A DNA stretch of 64,000 nt from Candidatus Micrarchaeota archaeon (GCA_016207165.1 JACQQD010000012.1:1-64000), one strand, 5' to 3'; counted from the stretch's first letter, positions 26,300 to 36,653 are shown. Numbers and translations: made by a program. Notes: a model not told the origin generated them from the sequence alone.

Positions 26300-27609
26300 C
26301 GATGAATTTGCTTGAAAAAATTGCTTCCAAGAAAGCCACGGTGTGCGTGGTGGGCGCAGGCTACGTGGGGCTTCCCACCGCGCTTCTATTCACCGAAAAA
26401 GGATTCACCGTGATTGCCGCGGACAAAAACCCGCGCGTAGTGGATCTGACCAACCAGGGAAAAAGCCACATCAATGACTCGGAGTTAAACGAACGCGTGC
26501 CGAAGGCGTTTGAAAGTGGAAGGCTTTCGGCCACGGTGGACGTAACGGAAGCCGTTCGAAAAAGCGACGCGGTGCTGGTCTGCGTGCCCACGCCCGCGGA
26601 GAACGGCGAACCGGACCTCCAATTCGTCATGGCCAGCGGAAAAGACATTGGCGCGGGACTCAAAAAGGATTCCTTGGTCGTGTTGGAAAGCACGGTGTAT
26701 CCAGGGGTAACGGAAAACGTGTTGGGACCCATCTTGGAAAAGCAAACCGGAATGAGGAAGGGAAGCGGCTTTTTCCTGGCGCATTGCCCGGAACGGTTGA
26801 ATCCGGGCGACGCCAAACACAAAATCGACAATACGCCGCGCATCGTCGGCGGCGTCAACGCGAAATCCCTTCAAGCGGCCAAGGCGTTGTATGAATCCGT
26901 GGGTTTGAACATGCACGCCGTGCCGGATCTGCACACGGCGGAATTGGTCAAGCTCGTGGAGAACACGCAACGGGACGTGAACATCGCGTTCATCAACGAG
27001 ATGGCGCTTCTGTGCGAAAAAATCGGGGTGGACGCCAAGGCGTTGGTGGAGGCGTGCGGCACCAAGTGGAACTTTTACAAACTCTTGCCGGGCCCGGGAG
27101 TGGGGGGACATTGTTTGCCGAACAACCCGTACTACATCGCTAAAAAAGCAAAAGAAGTGGGTTTTGACCCCAAGTTGATGTTGTTGGCGCGAGAGCGCAA
27201 CAACGAAATGCCGTTGCACGTGGTGGATCTTCTGGAAGAAGGACTGAAAAAAGCCGGGAAAAAAATCCAGGGCACGCGCATTGCCCTGGTTGGAGTGGCG
27301 TACAAAGCCAACGTCGACGACGTCCGGCAAGCCCCATCGCGGACCATTGCGGAGGCACTCCGGGAAAAAGGTGCGGACGTCGTCATCACGGATCCGTACG
27401 TGAACGAAAGCAACATGAAAAAAGTCCACGGGCAAACGGTTTCCCTCAATGAGGCGCTTTGCTCCGAGGCCGTGGTGTTCTTGTGTGCGCACGACGCGTA
27501 CAAGAACGTCAAGCCGGCCGACGTCAAGGCGGACGTCGTCGTGGACGCCGCGTTTCTGTTCAATCCCGGCGAATTCAAGGGCGTATACAAACGGGTGGGC
27601 CTCGGATGA
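26296..27609 (+). CDS. UDP-N-acetylhexosamine 6-dehydrogenase (WecC/WbpA family)
   Basis: GAGYVGLP, ESTVYPG, PERLNPG, GVGGHC. Confidence 0.9.
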   Translation: MTMNLLEKIASKKATVCVVGAGYVGLPTALLFTEKGFTVIAADKNPRVVDLTNQGKSHINDSELNERVPKAFESGRLSATVDVTEAVRKSDAVLVCVPTPAENGEPDLQFVMASGKDIGAGLKKDSLVVLESTVYPGVTENVLGPILEKQTGMRKGSGFFLAHCPERLNPGDAKHKIDNTPRIVGGVNAKSLQAAKALYESVGLNMHAVPDLHTAELVKLVENTQRDVNIAFINEMALLCEKIGVDAKALVEACGTKWNFYKLLPGPGVGGHCLPNNPYYIAKKAKEVGFDPKLMLLARERNNEMPLHVVDLLEEGLKKAGKKIQGTRIALVGVAYKANVDDVRQAPSRTIAEALREKGADVVITDPYVNESNMKKVHGQTVSLNEALCSEAVVFLCAHDAYKNVKPADVKADVVVDAAFLFNPGEFKGVYKRVGLG

Positions 27610-28694
27610 GAATCCTCGTCTTGAATGCCGGACGGTTCTCGAGCCTGGACGGGGGAGCCGTCCGGTGCCGGGAACTCGTGGTCAAGGCGGGCCACGACGT
27701 GACGTGGGTGGACCCCGTCACGTCCAAAAACTACTACAAAACGGAGGAGGTCGTGCACGGCGTGCCGAAAAACGTGGAATGGGTTCCCGGACGGTACGTA
27801 AAGGCCAATCCATTGGGCGAATGGTGGGCCCGCGAAAAGCACTTTTTGTCCGCGGCCAAAAAATTTGACGGAGACGTGGCGGTGTTCTACAACGCGTGGG
27901 GCACGTGGCGCGCGCGGAGGCACTTGCAGGAAAAGGGCGTTCCGGTGGTGTTTGACTACATCGACTTGATGCACGCCTTCCGAAGCAACGCGGTGGAGCG
28001 AGCGGTTTCCCGAAAAGCCACCGTGCAAGCACTCCGGCAGAGCGATGCCGTGGTGGCCACGGCCACGGATCTGGTGCGAGACGCGAAGCCATTCAACGAC
28101 TGTGTGGCGTTGGTGCCCAATGGCGTGGACACGGCGTTTTACGCCTCGGCCAAGCCCTTTAAAACCAAAAAGCCGTGCGTGGGATTCGTCGGAGGATTCG
28201 GGCCATGGCTGGATGTGGCGGCCGTAGCGTTGGCCGCCAAGGAGAATCCACAAGTTCAATTCCACGTCATCGGCGACGGGTTGCAGCGAAAGACGTTGGA
28301 ATCCGTGGCCAAAAAGCAGTCCAACGTCACGGTGTCGGACGGCTTTGTTGCACCGGGACGGGCCCGTCGGTGGATGGCGTCGTTTGACGTGGGACTGATT
28401 CCCTTCAAGCAAAATGCGTTGACGGACGCCGTGTGCCCGTTGAAGTTGTTTGAGTACTGGGCCACCCAAACCGCGGTGATTGCCGCGCCCAACAAGGAAG
28501 TCAAGCACGTGGCCGGTGACGCGGCGTATTGGGCCAAAACGCCTGGGGAACTTGCCGACGCGGTGCGTAAAGTCACGCACAACGCGTCCAAGCGCAGGGC
28601 ATTGGTGCAAGCCGGAAGCAAAAAAGTGGCGGCGTACGACTGGAAGACGCTCCGCAAAAAGTTTTTGGCGGTGCTGGAGGACGTGGCGGCATGA
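27606..28694 (+). CDS. GT4 glycosyltransferase
   Basis: VPNGVD and PLKLFEY motifs; ATG 27606. Confidence 0.85.
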   Translation: MRILVLNAGRFSSLDGGAVRCRELVVKAGHDVTWVDPVTSKNYYKTEEVVHGVPKNVEWVPGRYVKANPLGEWWAREKHFLSAAKKFDGDVAVFYNAWGTWRARRHLQEKGVPVVFDYIDLMHAFRSNAVERAVSRKATVQALRQSDAVVATATDLVRDAKPFNDCVALVPNGVDTAFYASAKPFKTKKPCVGFVGGFGPWLDVAAVALAAKENPQVQFHVIGDGLQRKTLESVAKKQSNVTVSDGFVAPGRARRWMASFDVGLIPFKQNALTDAVCPLKLFEYWATQTAVIAAPNKEVKHVAGDAAYWAKTPGELADAVRKVTHNASKRRALVQAGSKKVAAYDWKTLRKKFLAVLEDVAA

Positions 28695-29587
28695 AAAAAT
28701 TGTTGCGCCGCGGCGCGGCGTGGGCGGCCCCGCTTTTGTGGAGAAAATTCTTCCACGGCGGGACGAAACCGGTTTGGCCGCATGGTAAAAAAGCGGCGGT
28801 GACCGTGAGCTTCGACCCGGATTACCCCGAAGACGTGCAAAGCATTCCACGGCTTTTGGAAATATTCAACGGCGCGGGTTTCAAGTCATCGTTTGCGTGC
28901 ATTGGCCGGTGGATCGAGAAATACCCCCGCGTCCACCACCAAATCCTCGACGAGGGCCACGAGATCATCAACCACACGTACAGCCACCCCAACAATGAGT
29001 TTCTCAACGCCGAACAATTCTTCAACAAAATGCCGGAAAAAGAGCAGGAGCAGGAAATCGCCGGATTTGAAGCCACGGCCAAAACCGTGTTGGACTACAC
29101 GCCTGTGGGTTTTCGGTCCCCGCATTTTGGGGACTTGCATACGCAGAGCGTGTACAACGTGTTGGAACGGCGGGGGTACGCCTACTCCAGTTCCACGAAC
29201 ATGACGGTGACGGACAGTCACGGATTGCCGTATCGGCCGTCCAAGGGAAACTTCCGGAAAAAAGACGAGAACGGGTACAACGTATTGGAGTTGCCGATGG
29301 TGGCGTGCCCGGAGCACTTTTTCCCGGTGTTTGATACGTGGCACTGCTACCGGACCCAGCCTCCGGCGCACCCGGAAGACGGGGAGTTCTCGCGGTTATT
29401 CAAGAAAGCCATCACGCTTGCGGAACGCCATGGCACGTACGCCAACTTCTATTTCGACCCCCGCGACGTGGCGCACCGAAACGAATTTCAGGAGTGCATG
29501 GATTGGTTGAAGGGGCGTTGCGTCTGGGTGGCGTCCAGCCGCGACGTGGCGCACTATTGGAATAAGACGGTGACGTCAAGGACATGA
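28691..29587 (+). CDS. polysaccharide deacetylase (CE4)
   Basis: SFDPD, HEIINHTYSH, GFRSP. Confidence 0.88.
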   Translation: MKKLLRRGAAWAAPLLWRKFFHGGTKPVWPHGKKAAVTVSFDPDYPEDVQSIPRLLEIFNGAGFKSSFACIGRWIEKYPRVHHQILDEGHEIINHTYSHPNNEFLNAEQFFNKMPEKEQEQEIAGFEATAKTVLDYTPVGFRSPHFGDLHTQSVYNVLERRGYAYSSSTNMTVTDSHGLPYRPSKGNFRKKDENGYNVLELPMVACPEHFFPVFDTWHCYRTQPPAHPEDGEFSRLFKKAITLAERHGTYANFYFDPRDVAHRNEFQECMDWLKGRCVWVASSRDVAHYWNKTVTSRT

Positions 29588-30903
29588 AGCTTTTCGGTTT
29601 GACTCGCGCGGCCGCACAAAAGGCGTTCACGAAAGGCCAAGTCACCGTCAGCGTGTTTGGGTTGGGTAAAATGGGGTTGCCGTTGTCGGCGGTCATGGCT
29701 GACGTCGGCGCGAAAGTCATCGGCGTGGACGTGGATGCGCAACGCGTGCACCAAGTCAACGATGGAAGAAATCCGTTTCCCGAAGAGCCACAGCTTTCGG
29801 AACTCATCGCCGGAAACGTCAGGCAAAAGCGTTTTTCCGCGACGACGAACGCTTCGCACGCCGTGGAAAAAGCCGACGTGCACGTCATCTTGGTGCCCAC
29901 CACCATGCAACATCAAAACGCCAAGAACTCGCCGGTGTTTGCCGCCGCACGCGTCATTGCCAAAAGCCTGCACCCAGGCGACGTCGTCATCACGGAGTGC
30001 ACCCTTCCGCCGGGCACAACCGACGAATTGGCTGAAGTCCTCGAACAAAGCGGTTTGGTTTGCGGGAGGGACTTCGGGGTGGCGCATTGTCCGGAGCGCA
30101 CCATGTCCGGAACCGCGATTCGGGACATCCGGGGCCAGTACCCCAAAATCGTGGGAGCCAACGACGAAAAAACGCGTCAAGCCGTGGCGGGCATGTACGC
30201 CGCGTTCAACCAGAACCAAGTCGTGGTCCTGGAAAGCGTCAAGGAGGCGGAATGCGTCAAAGTGTTTGAAGGCGTGTACCGGTTCGTCAACATTTCGCTG
30301 GCCAACGAGTTGGCGGACGTGGCCGAGCGGATCGGCGTGGACGCTCGACGCGTGTTTGCCGCGGCCAACACGCAGCCGTTCTCCCACATTCATGCTCCTG
30401 GCGCGGGGGCCGGCGGGCACTGCATTCCGGAGTACCCCAAATTCATCGCGTCCAAGCAAACCCGCGTCATCCATGCGGCGACGCAAGTCAATGACGGCCG
30501 ACCCAGGCACGTGGTGGACTTGCTGGAATCCGGATGGGGTGCGGCTGGACTCAAGGCGAAAAGCGTGGCGGTGTTGGGGTTGACGTTTCGGCCCAACGTC
30601 TTGGCGTTTGAGAACACGCCGGCTGGGCCCATCATAGCGGAACTTAAAAAACGCGGAGCCCACGTCTCGGCATTGGACCCGCTCTGCCGCGATGCGCAAT
30701 ACGAAAAGTTCGGCGTGCCGAAGATGAACCGCCTTGCGGACGTGGATGCCGTGGTGATCGTCAACAAGGATGCGGCGTTCTTGGAATTGGATTGGGCGGC
30801 GTTTTCCGGGAAGGCCATGGTTGACGCCGCCGGATTGCTGGACCGGCAAAAAATGGAGGGGTACGGCATCCGATACAAAGCGGTTGGAGGCGGCGGGCCG
30901 TGA
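29584..30903 (+). CDS. nucleotide-sugar dehydrogenase (second WecC/WbpA-family copy)
   Basis: GLGKMGLP, ECTLPPG, PERTMSG, GAGGHC. Confidence 0.88.
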   Translation: MKLFGLTRAAAQKAFTKGQVTVSVFGLGKMGLPLSAVMADVGAKVIGVDVDAQRVHQVNDGRNPFPEEPQLSELIAGNVRQKRFSATTNASHAVEKADVHVILVPTTMQHQNAKNSPVFAAARVIAKSLHPGDVVITECTLPPGTTDELAEVLEQSGLVCGRDFGVAHCPERTMSGTAIRDIRGQYPKIVGANDEKTRQAVAGMYAAFNQNQVVVLESVKEAECVKVFEGVYRFVNISLANELADVAERIGVDARRVFAAANTQPFSHIHAPGAGAGGHCIPEYPKFIASKQTRVIHAATQVNDGRPRHVVDLLESGWGAAGLKAKSVAVLGLTFRPNVLAFENTPAGPIIAELKKRGAHVSALDPLCRDAQYEKFGVPKMNRLADVDAVVIVNKDAAFLELDWAAFSGKAMVDAAGLLDRQKMEGYGIRYKAVGGGGP

Positions 30904-32060
30904 AGTTGGCGGTGGTCGCCGGCCAGCCCATGGAGGCGTTCGTCCGGAAAGGCGAAGTCAAGGCGCGGTACTACAACCCTGGAAACGTTTTTGACGAAGT
31001 GCATTTCCTGACCTTCGCAAAAAGCGACGTGGAACCCAAAAAAATCAAGAAAACGGTGGGAAACGCCAAGGCGTTCATCCACGTCTTGGGTCCGTTGAGT
31101 CTGGGCCAAATGCCTGCCGGGGGACGCCGCGTCAAGGAAGCGCTTTTGGAGATTCGGCCGGATGTGGTGCGCAGTTTTACTCCGGGTCCCAAGGGGAGGT
31201 TGGCGGCGGAGGCGGCCTTGGCGGTGGGCGTGCCGTTCGTCTTGTCGCTTCACTCCAATTTTGACGACTTGCGGGACTTGGCTAAAACGCAGGGGCGGTT
31301 GGGCGAGTACGCGCGGCTGTTGTTTTCCAAGGTGTACGCAGAACGCAAGACGGTTTCCAGTGCGGATGCCGTCATCGCCGTGTACCCCTTCATCGTGCCT
31401 TACGCCGAAAAGTTCGGTGCGAAGCATGTGGACGTCATTTACAACAAGGTGTACCCGGAAGACTTTGAAAACGTCCATCCGGTATTGCCGCGGGATGGAC
31501 GAACGGTCATCGGCGTGGGCCGCTTGATTCCGGAAAAAGACCCGACTCCCATCGTTCAGGCCGCGGCGAAAGTGGGGGCGCGGTTGATTTGGGTGGGCGA
31601 CGGCCCGCTGAAAGACAAAGTCCTGGAATCCGCGGCGGAATGCGGCTGCCATTGGGTGCACCGTGCATCCGTTCCCAACGAAAAGCTTCCGGGATACTAC
31701 GCCAGCGCGGACGTATACGCGCAAAACCTTTCCATTGGCGGCGTGTCCATTCCGACCCTTGAAGCCATGGCCGCGGGGTTGCCGGTCGTCGTGTCTGCGC
31801 CCAAAAAATACCCTCGGCCGGATTTGGTGGCAAAAGCCGGCGTCGTGGTGGAGGGTTCACCAGCCGGGTTTGCGCATGCGTTTTCGGAATTGTTCTCCGA
31901 CGCGGCGCGGCGGAAAAAACGGGGCCGGGCGTCGAGAAAAACGTTGCAGGAAATCAACGGCCACCACATGGAGGCTTGTGAAGCCTCGGTGTACCGGCGC
32001 GTTTTGGCGCAACGGGGGATGGGGGTCCGTAAACCGAGAAGAGGCGGCAAACCATTTTAA
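30900..32060 (+). CDS. GT4 glycosyltransferase
   Basis: VGRLIPEKD and LEAMAAGLPVV. Confidence 0.88.
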   Translation: MKLAVVAGQPMEAFVRKGEVKARYYNPGNVFDEVHFLTFAKSDVEPKKIKKTVGNAKAFIHVLGPLSLGQMPAGGRRVKEALLEIRPDVVRSFTPGPKGRLAAEAALAVGVPFVLSLHSNFDDLRDLAKTQGRLGEYARLLFSKVYAERKTVSSADAVIAVYPFIVPYAEKFGAKHVDVIYNKVYPEDFENVHPVLPRDGRTVIGVGRLIPEKDPTPIVQAAAKVGARLIWVGDGPLKDKVLESAAECGCHWVHRASVPNEKLPGYYASADVYAQNLSIGGVSIPTLEAMAAGLPVVVSAPKKYPRPDLVAKAGVVVEGSPAGFAHAFSELFSDAARRKKRGRASRKTLQEINGHHMEACEASVYRRVLAQRGMGVRKPRRGGKPF

Positions 32061-32154
32061 ACACGGAAAGGGCCTATGGTAGACAGCGGCCCGCGTTCAA
32101 CATGCACATGGGCCCATGCGCCGTTCAAACAGGCGGCGGCTTCAAGGTAACGAA

Positions 32155-33900
32155 ATGATTATTTTAGGCGTATCCAACACCAAGGACAGCGGGGCGGCGT
32201 TGATCAAGAATGGCGAAATCGTGGCCGCCGCCAACGAAGAACGCTTCACGCGAAAGAAATTGATTCGGGCGTTTCCGCTGCACTCCATCCAATACGTGTT
32301 GGAGGAAGGCGGCGTGAAGTGGGAAGACGTCGACGCGATCACCACCGGCGCCTGGAAGGGCTTGAACCAGGATGAAATCCTGATGGGTTTGGTTGAGGAC
32401 GTGATTTGGAACGCGAAAAATGACCCGGAATCCGGGGCCATCATCATGCAACGGACGAAAGTCGCCGTTCAACGCGACGCCACGTTCAAAAAAGAGCTGG
32501 TGGAGGAACTGGGGAAGCGAAACGTCTTGGACAAACTGCACTACGTCGATCACCACCTGGCGCACGCGGCGTCCGCGCATCACTGTTCGCCTTTCAGCGA
32601 TTCGCTCACCGTGGTCATGGATGGGCGGGGGGACTTCAAGGCCAACAGCGTCTATTGCGTTCGAAACAACGCGTTGGAACTCGTGGATTGCAGCAGTCAC
32701 TTGAATAGCTTGGGATTCGTGTACGCGTTTGTCACCCGCTACCTGGGCTTCACGCCGGACAAACACGAAGGAAAAGTCACGGGGCTGGCGGCGTTTGGCG
32801 ATGCGCAAAAAACCGTCGACATTTTCAGGAAAATGGTTTCCATCGATGAAAACGGCCGGATTCGCGCCCACGTGGGGAAGTATTACTCGCCGTTTTTGAC
32901 CGCCCAAATTCCAGTCATCGAAGAGGAGCTGGCCAAACACAAAAAGGAAGACGTGGCCGCCGGAGTTCAAGCGTGGTTGGAGGAAACGGTCGTGAAATTC
33001 GTGTCCTTTTTCCTCGAAAAGTACCCCATGCGCCACGTTTGCTTGGCGGGCGGCATTTTCGCCAACGTGCGAGTCAACCAGAAAGTCCGGGAAATTCCGG
33101 GCGTGGACAACGTGTACATTCACCCGCACATGGGCGACGGCGGGCTGAGTTTGGGAAGCGCGTTGGCGTATTGGTACGAGCACGGCGGGCGAACCGAAAA
33201 ACCGCTGGAAACCGCGTTTCTGGGGCCTGAATTTTCCGACGATAAAGTCGAAGAGACGCTCCGGAAAAGCTCGGAGGCGCTCGCGTACGTGAAGGTGCAG
33301 GACAAGGCCAAGGCCGTGGCGAAACTGCTTTCAGAAGACCAAATCGTGGGCTGGTTTCAAGGCAGAATGGAGTACGGTCCCCGCGCCTTGGGTCACCGAA
33401 GCATCCTGGCGGCCGCCACGGACAAGAACATCAACCACAACCTCAACCAGCGCCTGCACCGAACCGAATTCATGCCGTTTGCCCCCATGACGCTGGAAGA
33501 ATACGCGTCGTCAAGTTACATCGACTGGAATAAAGACCACATCAGCAGCCGCTTCATGACGATCTGCTATTACTGCCACCCCATCGTCAAAAAGCAGTCC
33601 CCGGCCATCGTCCACGTGGACAACACGGCGCGGCCCCAGATTGTGGGGCCGAAAGACAACCCCGACATTCATGCCCTCATCACGCAATATCATCGGCTCA
33701 CCGGCATCCCGACCATCGTCAACACCAGCTTCAACAACCACGAGGAACCGATTCTGTGCTCGCCGCAGGACGCCGTCGACAGCTTGCTTCGGGACAACGT
33801 CGACGTTCTGTGCATCGGCAACTTCCTGGTGGTTCCCAAGGGCAAGGAGTTCCGAATCGCGTCGGTATCCGATTCAACGGCCACAGACGGCATAAAATAG
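32155..33900 (+). CDS. carbamoyltransferase (NodU/CmcH family)
   Basis: EERFTRKK, HHLAH, DGRGD, EGKVTGLA, GRMEYGPRALG, NTSFN. Confidence 0.92.
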   Translation: MIILGVSNTKDSGAALIKNGEIVAAANEERFTRKKLIRAFPLHSIQYVLEEGGVKWEDVDAITTGAWKGLNQDEILMGLVEDVIWNAKNDPESGAIIMQRTKVAVQRDATFKKELVEELGKRNVLDKLHYVDHHLAHAASAHHCSPFSDSLTVVMDGRGDFKANSVYCVRNNALELVDCSSHLNSLGFVYAFVTRYLGFTPDKHEGKVTGLAAFGDAQKTVDIFRKMVSIDENGRIRAHVGKYYSPFLTAQIPVIEEELAKHKKEDVAAGVQAWLEETVVKFVSFFLEKYPMRHVCLAGGIFANVRVNQKVREIPGVDNVYIHPHMGDGGLSLGSALAYWYEHGGRTEKPLETAFLGPEFSDDKVEETLRKSSEALAYVKVQDKAKAVAKLLSEDQIVGWFQGRMEYGPRALGHRSILAAATDKNINHNLNQRLHRTEFMPFAPMTLEEYASSSYIDWNKDHISSRFMTICYYCHPIVKKQSPAIVHVDNTARPQIVGPKDNPDIHALITQYHRLTGIPTIVNTSFNNHEEPILCSPQDAVDSLLRDNVDVLCIGNFLVVPKGKEFRIASVSDSTATDGIK

Positions 33901-33951
33901 GACGCCGACTCACAGAAGGTGCCGGCATGGCGATGCGGTGACCCAGGGAAC

Positions 33952-35178
33952 ATGACATCGAACGAATCCACGTGGGAAAAGGCGGTGGCGCTCTCCAGAA
34001 AGTTTTACCGCATTGCGTTTGCGCACGCCGACTTCCGCCACGGGGAACTGGGTAGAGCCGTTGACTTGATCTTGCAAGGTAAAGCCGTGCAAGGGCCGTA
34101 CATCGCCGAAGCCGAACGCGTTTTTTCGCCGTGGACGCAAAAAGAGGCGGCCGGCACCAGCAGCGGCGAAGCCGCCATTCACGCGGCCATCCAAAGCATT
34201 GGAAGAACCGGCGACGTCATTATTCCGTCGTATTGTTGTGGAAACGTTTACTTTGCCGTCACGAAGGCCGGAGGCCGGCCGCGTTACGTGGACGTAAACG
34301 ATTCCTACAACGTGGACGCCTCAGACTTGGAAGACAAGATTACGTCCAAGACCATCGCGGTGGTGGCGCCCAGCCTCTACGGGTTGCCCGCGGAATTGGA
34401 GAAAATCGAGGCGATCTGCCGCCGGCACGACGTGTTCATGGTGGATGACGCGGCCCAGTGCCTGGGGGCGTTTCGTCGGGGCCTGCCCACCGGAAGTTTT
34501 GGCGATGCGGGAGTATACAGTTTCGCCGGAAAGACGATTACGGCCACCGGAGGCGGCATGCTGGTGGGCAAAAAATCAGTGATGCTGGAAGGCGTCCGAA
34601 GCGCCGCGCCTGAATCGGCGTCCAGCGTCGCAAAGGCGTTTTTGGGCATGCTGGCGCATTACCGGTACCGGAGGCACGCGTTGCCGTTTTTGATCCTGAA
34701 AAATTTGGCCCGGCAGGCCGTTGGACGCACCACGCAGCGACGGTATGGCCGGATCTGCAATTTGGACGCCTTTTTGGCGGTCAGTCAGCATGCCGACGTG
34801 GATTGGGTCAACGCGAAGCGTACCCGGAACGCGTCGCTGCTTTGCGAGGCGTTAAACGGCGTCGTGGAATTGCCGCAGAAATCCCGTGGACACGTGTACA
34901 GCAAGTTCGTCGTGCAACTGCCGTTTCGCGCCAAAGCGGAAAGGACGCGGCCGCCGGAGATGGTGCGGTTCGTGCGAGAGATGGCCAAAAAAGGAATCGA
35001 GTGCGAGTGGTGCTACGTGCCCCTGCATTTGCGGTTTGGCGGAGGCAAGAACTTGGAAAACACGGAGCGCGTGGCGGCCACGGCCATGGCCCTTCCCAAC
35101 CACGTTGGCTTGACGGAAGGCCAAGTGCATCAAATCGCCAACGCCGTCAAGGACACGCTGAAATCCATGAACGCGTAG
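33952..35178 (+). CDS. DegT-family PLP-dependent aminotransferase-like protein
   Basis: DDAAQCLG and YSFAGKTITATGGG. Confidence 0.8.
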   Translation: MTSNESTWEKAVALSRKFYRIAFAHADFRHGELGRAVDLILQGKAVQGPYIAEAERVFSPWTQKEAAGTSSGEAAIHAAIQSIGRTGDVIIPSYCCGNVYFAVTKAGGRPRYVDVNDSYNVDASDLEDKITSKTIAVVAPSLYGLPAELEKIEAICRRHDVFMVDDAAQCLGAFRRGLPTGSFGDAGVYSFAGKTITATGGGMLVGKKSVMLEGVRSAAPESASSVAKAFLGMLAHYRYRRHALPFLILKNLARQAVGRTTQRRYGRICNLDAFLAVSQHADVDWVNAKRTRNASLLCEALNGVVELPQKSRGHVYSKFVVQLPFRAKAERTRPPEMVRFVREMAKKGIECEWCYVPLHLRFGGGKNLENTERVAATAMALPNHVGLTEGQVHQIANAVKDTLKSMNA

Positions 35179-35216
35179 CGTGGAAAAACCAAGTCCCTTG
35201 CGCCAGCCGCAGGTTA

Positions 35217-35320
35217 TAGCAAACCGCGAAAGTTTCCCGAAACTTTCGCGCCGTGAAGCAAATTCGCAAAGCGAATTTGCTGCATGCAGCAAGTCGCCCG
35301 ACGACTTGCTTCATTTGCTA
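35217..35320. repeat. multibranched palindrome cluster bounded by TAGCAAA..TTTGCTA
   Basis: Hairpins CGCGAAAGTTTC/GAAACTTTCGCG, AGCAAATTCGC/GCGAATTTGCT, AGCAAGTCG/CGACTTGCT. Confidence 0.75.
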
Positions 35321-35321
35321 G

Positions 35322-35368
35322 ATAGCAATCCCCGACTAGTTCGTCGGGTTACTTTCGGGGATTGCTAT
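35322..35368 (+). repeat. 47-nt hairpin site (TAGCAA family)
   Basis: ATAGCAATCCCCGA-ctagttcgtcgggttactt-TCGGGGATTGCTAT. Confidence 0.85.
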
Positions 35369-35422
35369 AATAAGCGGTCTTTTCTTTGGATGTAAGAAAA
35401 ACGGAGGAGGCGAGATTTTTTT

Positions 35423-36028
35423 TTGGTGGACATCGTCGGGTACTGGAAGCGTCAAAGCCAGACGACCGAGCGTATCGGCGAGTACACGGAAGAAAAAGTC
35501 GTCGGATTGGTGACGCGCTTGCTTGGGCTTAACCCCAAGAAAACGTTGTTGGACGTGGGGTGCGCCACCGGAAAAATGCTCTCCCGACTTAGGGCCAGAC
35601 GAAAAACGGGCGTGGATTACTCGGAAAAGTACGCCAAGAAGGCGCGGAAAAAAAATCCCTCCGCAAAAATCGTGGTGGCGGAAGCGGCAGAGTTGCCTTT
35701 CAAAAACGCGTCGTTTGACGCGGTGTTGTGCCATTCCCTGATGCACTTGATGGATCCCGCGTACGCGGCCCGCGTGGTGGGCGAGTTGGAACGCGTGTGC
35801 AAGAAAGGCGGCCGCATCGTGATTGGCGACGTGCCGGATCCTCGGACGTACCCCGGAGGAAAATGGGTGTACCGGTTGCGCACGGAGGCGCTCAAGGCAG
35901 TCAACAAACCGCATTACACCATGTTTTCCCCGGCGTTTTTCAAAGAGAAGGGGTACGCGATTGTGGCGGGGCCGGTCAACGACCGGTACTACGCGTACAA
36001 GCAAAAGTACAGCAAACCAAGAAAGTAA
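35423..36028 (+). CDS. class I SAM-dependent methyltransferase
   Basis: LLDVGCATG, GVDYS, LPFKNASFD, RVCKKGG. Confidence 0.9.
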   Translation: MVDIVGYWKRQSQTTERIGEYTEEKVVGLVTRLLGLNPKKTLLDVGCATGKMLSRLRARRKTGVDYSEKYAKKARKKNPSAKIVVAEAAELPFKNASFDAVLCHSLMHLMDPAYAARVVGELERVCKKGGRIVIGDVPDPRTYPGGKWVYRLRTEALKAVNKPHYTMFSPAFFKEKGYAIVAGPVNDRYYAYKQKYSKPRK

Positions 36029-36100
36029 CCCGACAAAATAGTCTTGGTTTGCTGTCTAGCAAGACCGGCCTATTCGTCGTGAAATTTGCCGGTCTTGCTA
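36009..36100. repeat. two adjacent TAGCAA-family hairpin sites (36009-36055 inverted relative to 35322; 36057-36100 direct)
   Basis: Reverse complement of 36009-36055 is ACAGCAAACCAAGA-ctattttgtcgggttactt-TCTTGGTTTGCTGT; 36057 is TAGCAAGACCGGC-ctattcgtcgtgaaattt-GCCGGTCTTGCTA. Confidence 0.85.
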
Positions 36101-36128
36101 TAATGTCAACGCGTTTTTGAACGGGCCG

Positions 36129-36647
36129 CTAACTTTTCTTGAACAGCCAATAGAATTTGGCCAAAATTTTGCTGAACAGTCCGCCGGTGAGGCTGCGTCC
36201 GGCTTTCAGGCTGTTTTGAGCGGGGTGGGGGTTCCACTTGTGCTTCCAAGTGCCTTCGCCGGCCAAGTCCAGGCCGACTTTTCCGCTTTTGAGGCTTAAA
36301 TCCAGGCCGCAGTAAACCAAGTATGAAAACGCGTAGTAAGGACTTTTCTCGTCGATGGAAACGCCTTGTACGACGAGGCGGTCATCCAGGGGGTAAAGCG
36401 CCATGGAGCACAAGTACGTGCCGTCGGGAGTGAACGCGCCGTAGTAGGTGCGCGGGATGTCCAGGTCAAACGGCGGCATCAACAGCCCTTTTCGCTTACG
36501 GTATTGCCGCAAGTGTGTTTCGTGCTCGGAGTCGGGGATGACTCGGACTTGGAGGTTTTCGCGTTGGGCGCGGTTCACTTCGTTGCGGATGTTTTTGGAG
36601 ACGGCACTCAAATCCAAATGGCTTGCGTCCAGCACCAGGGTTTCCAT
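36129..36647 (-). CDS. hypothetical protein, possibly GNAT/FemAB-like
   Basis: SKNIRNEVNRAQRENL and LDLAGE..WKHKW resemble FemAB-like acyltransferase ends. Confidence 0.5.
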   Translation of the reverse strand: METLVLDASHLDLSAVSKNIRNEVNRAQRENLQVRVIPDSEHETHLRQYRKRKGLLMPPFDLDIPRTYYGAFTPDGTYLCSMALYPLDDRLVVQGVSIDEKSPYYAFSYLVYCGLDLSLKSGKVGLDLAGEGTWKHKWNPHPAQNSLKAGRSLTGGLFSKILAKFYWLFKKS

Positions 36648-36653
36648 GGAAAG

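Noticed and set aside
35322-36100. Classical integron attC cassette
   Set aside because: No RYYYAAC/GTTRRRY core and no intI in the window; kept as a distinct hairpin-site finding
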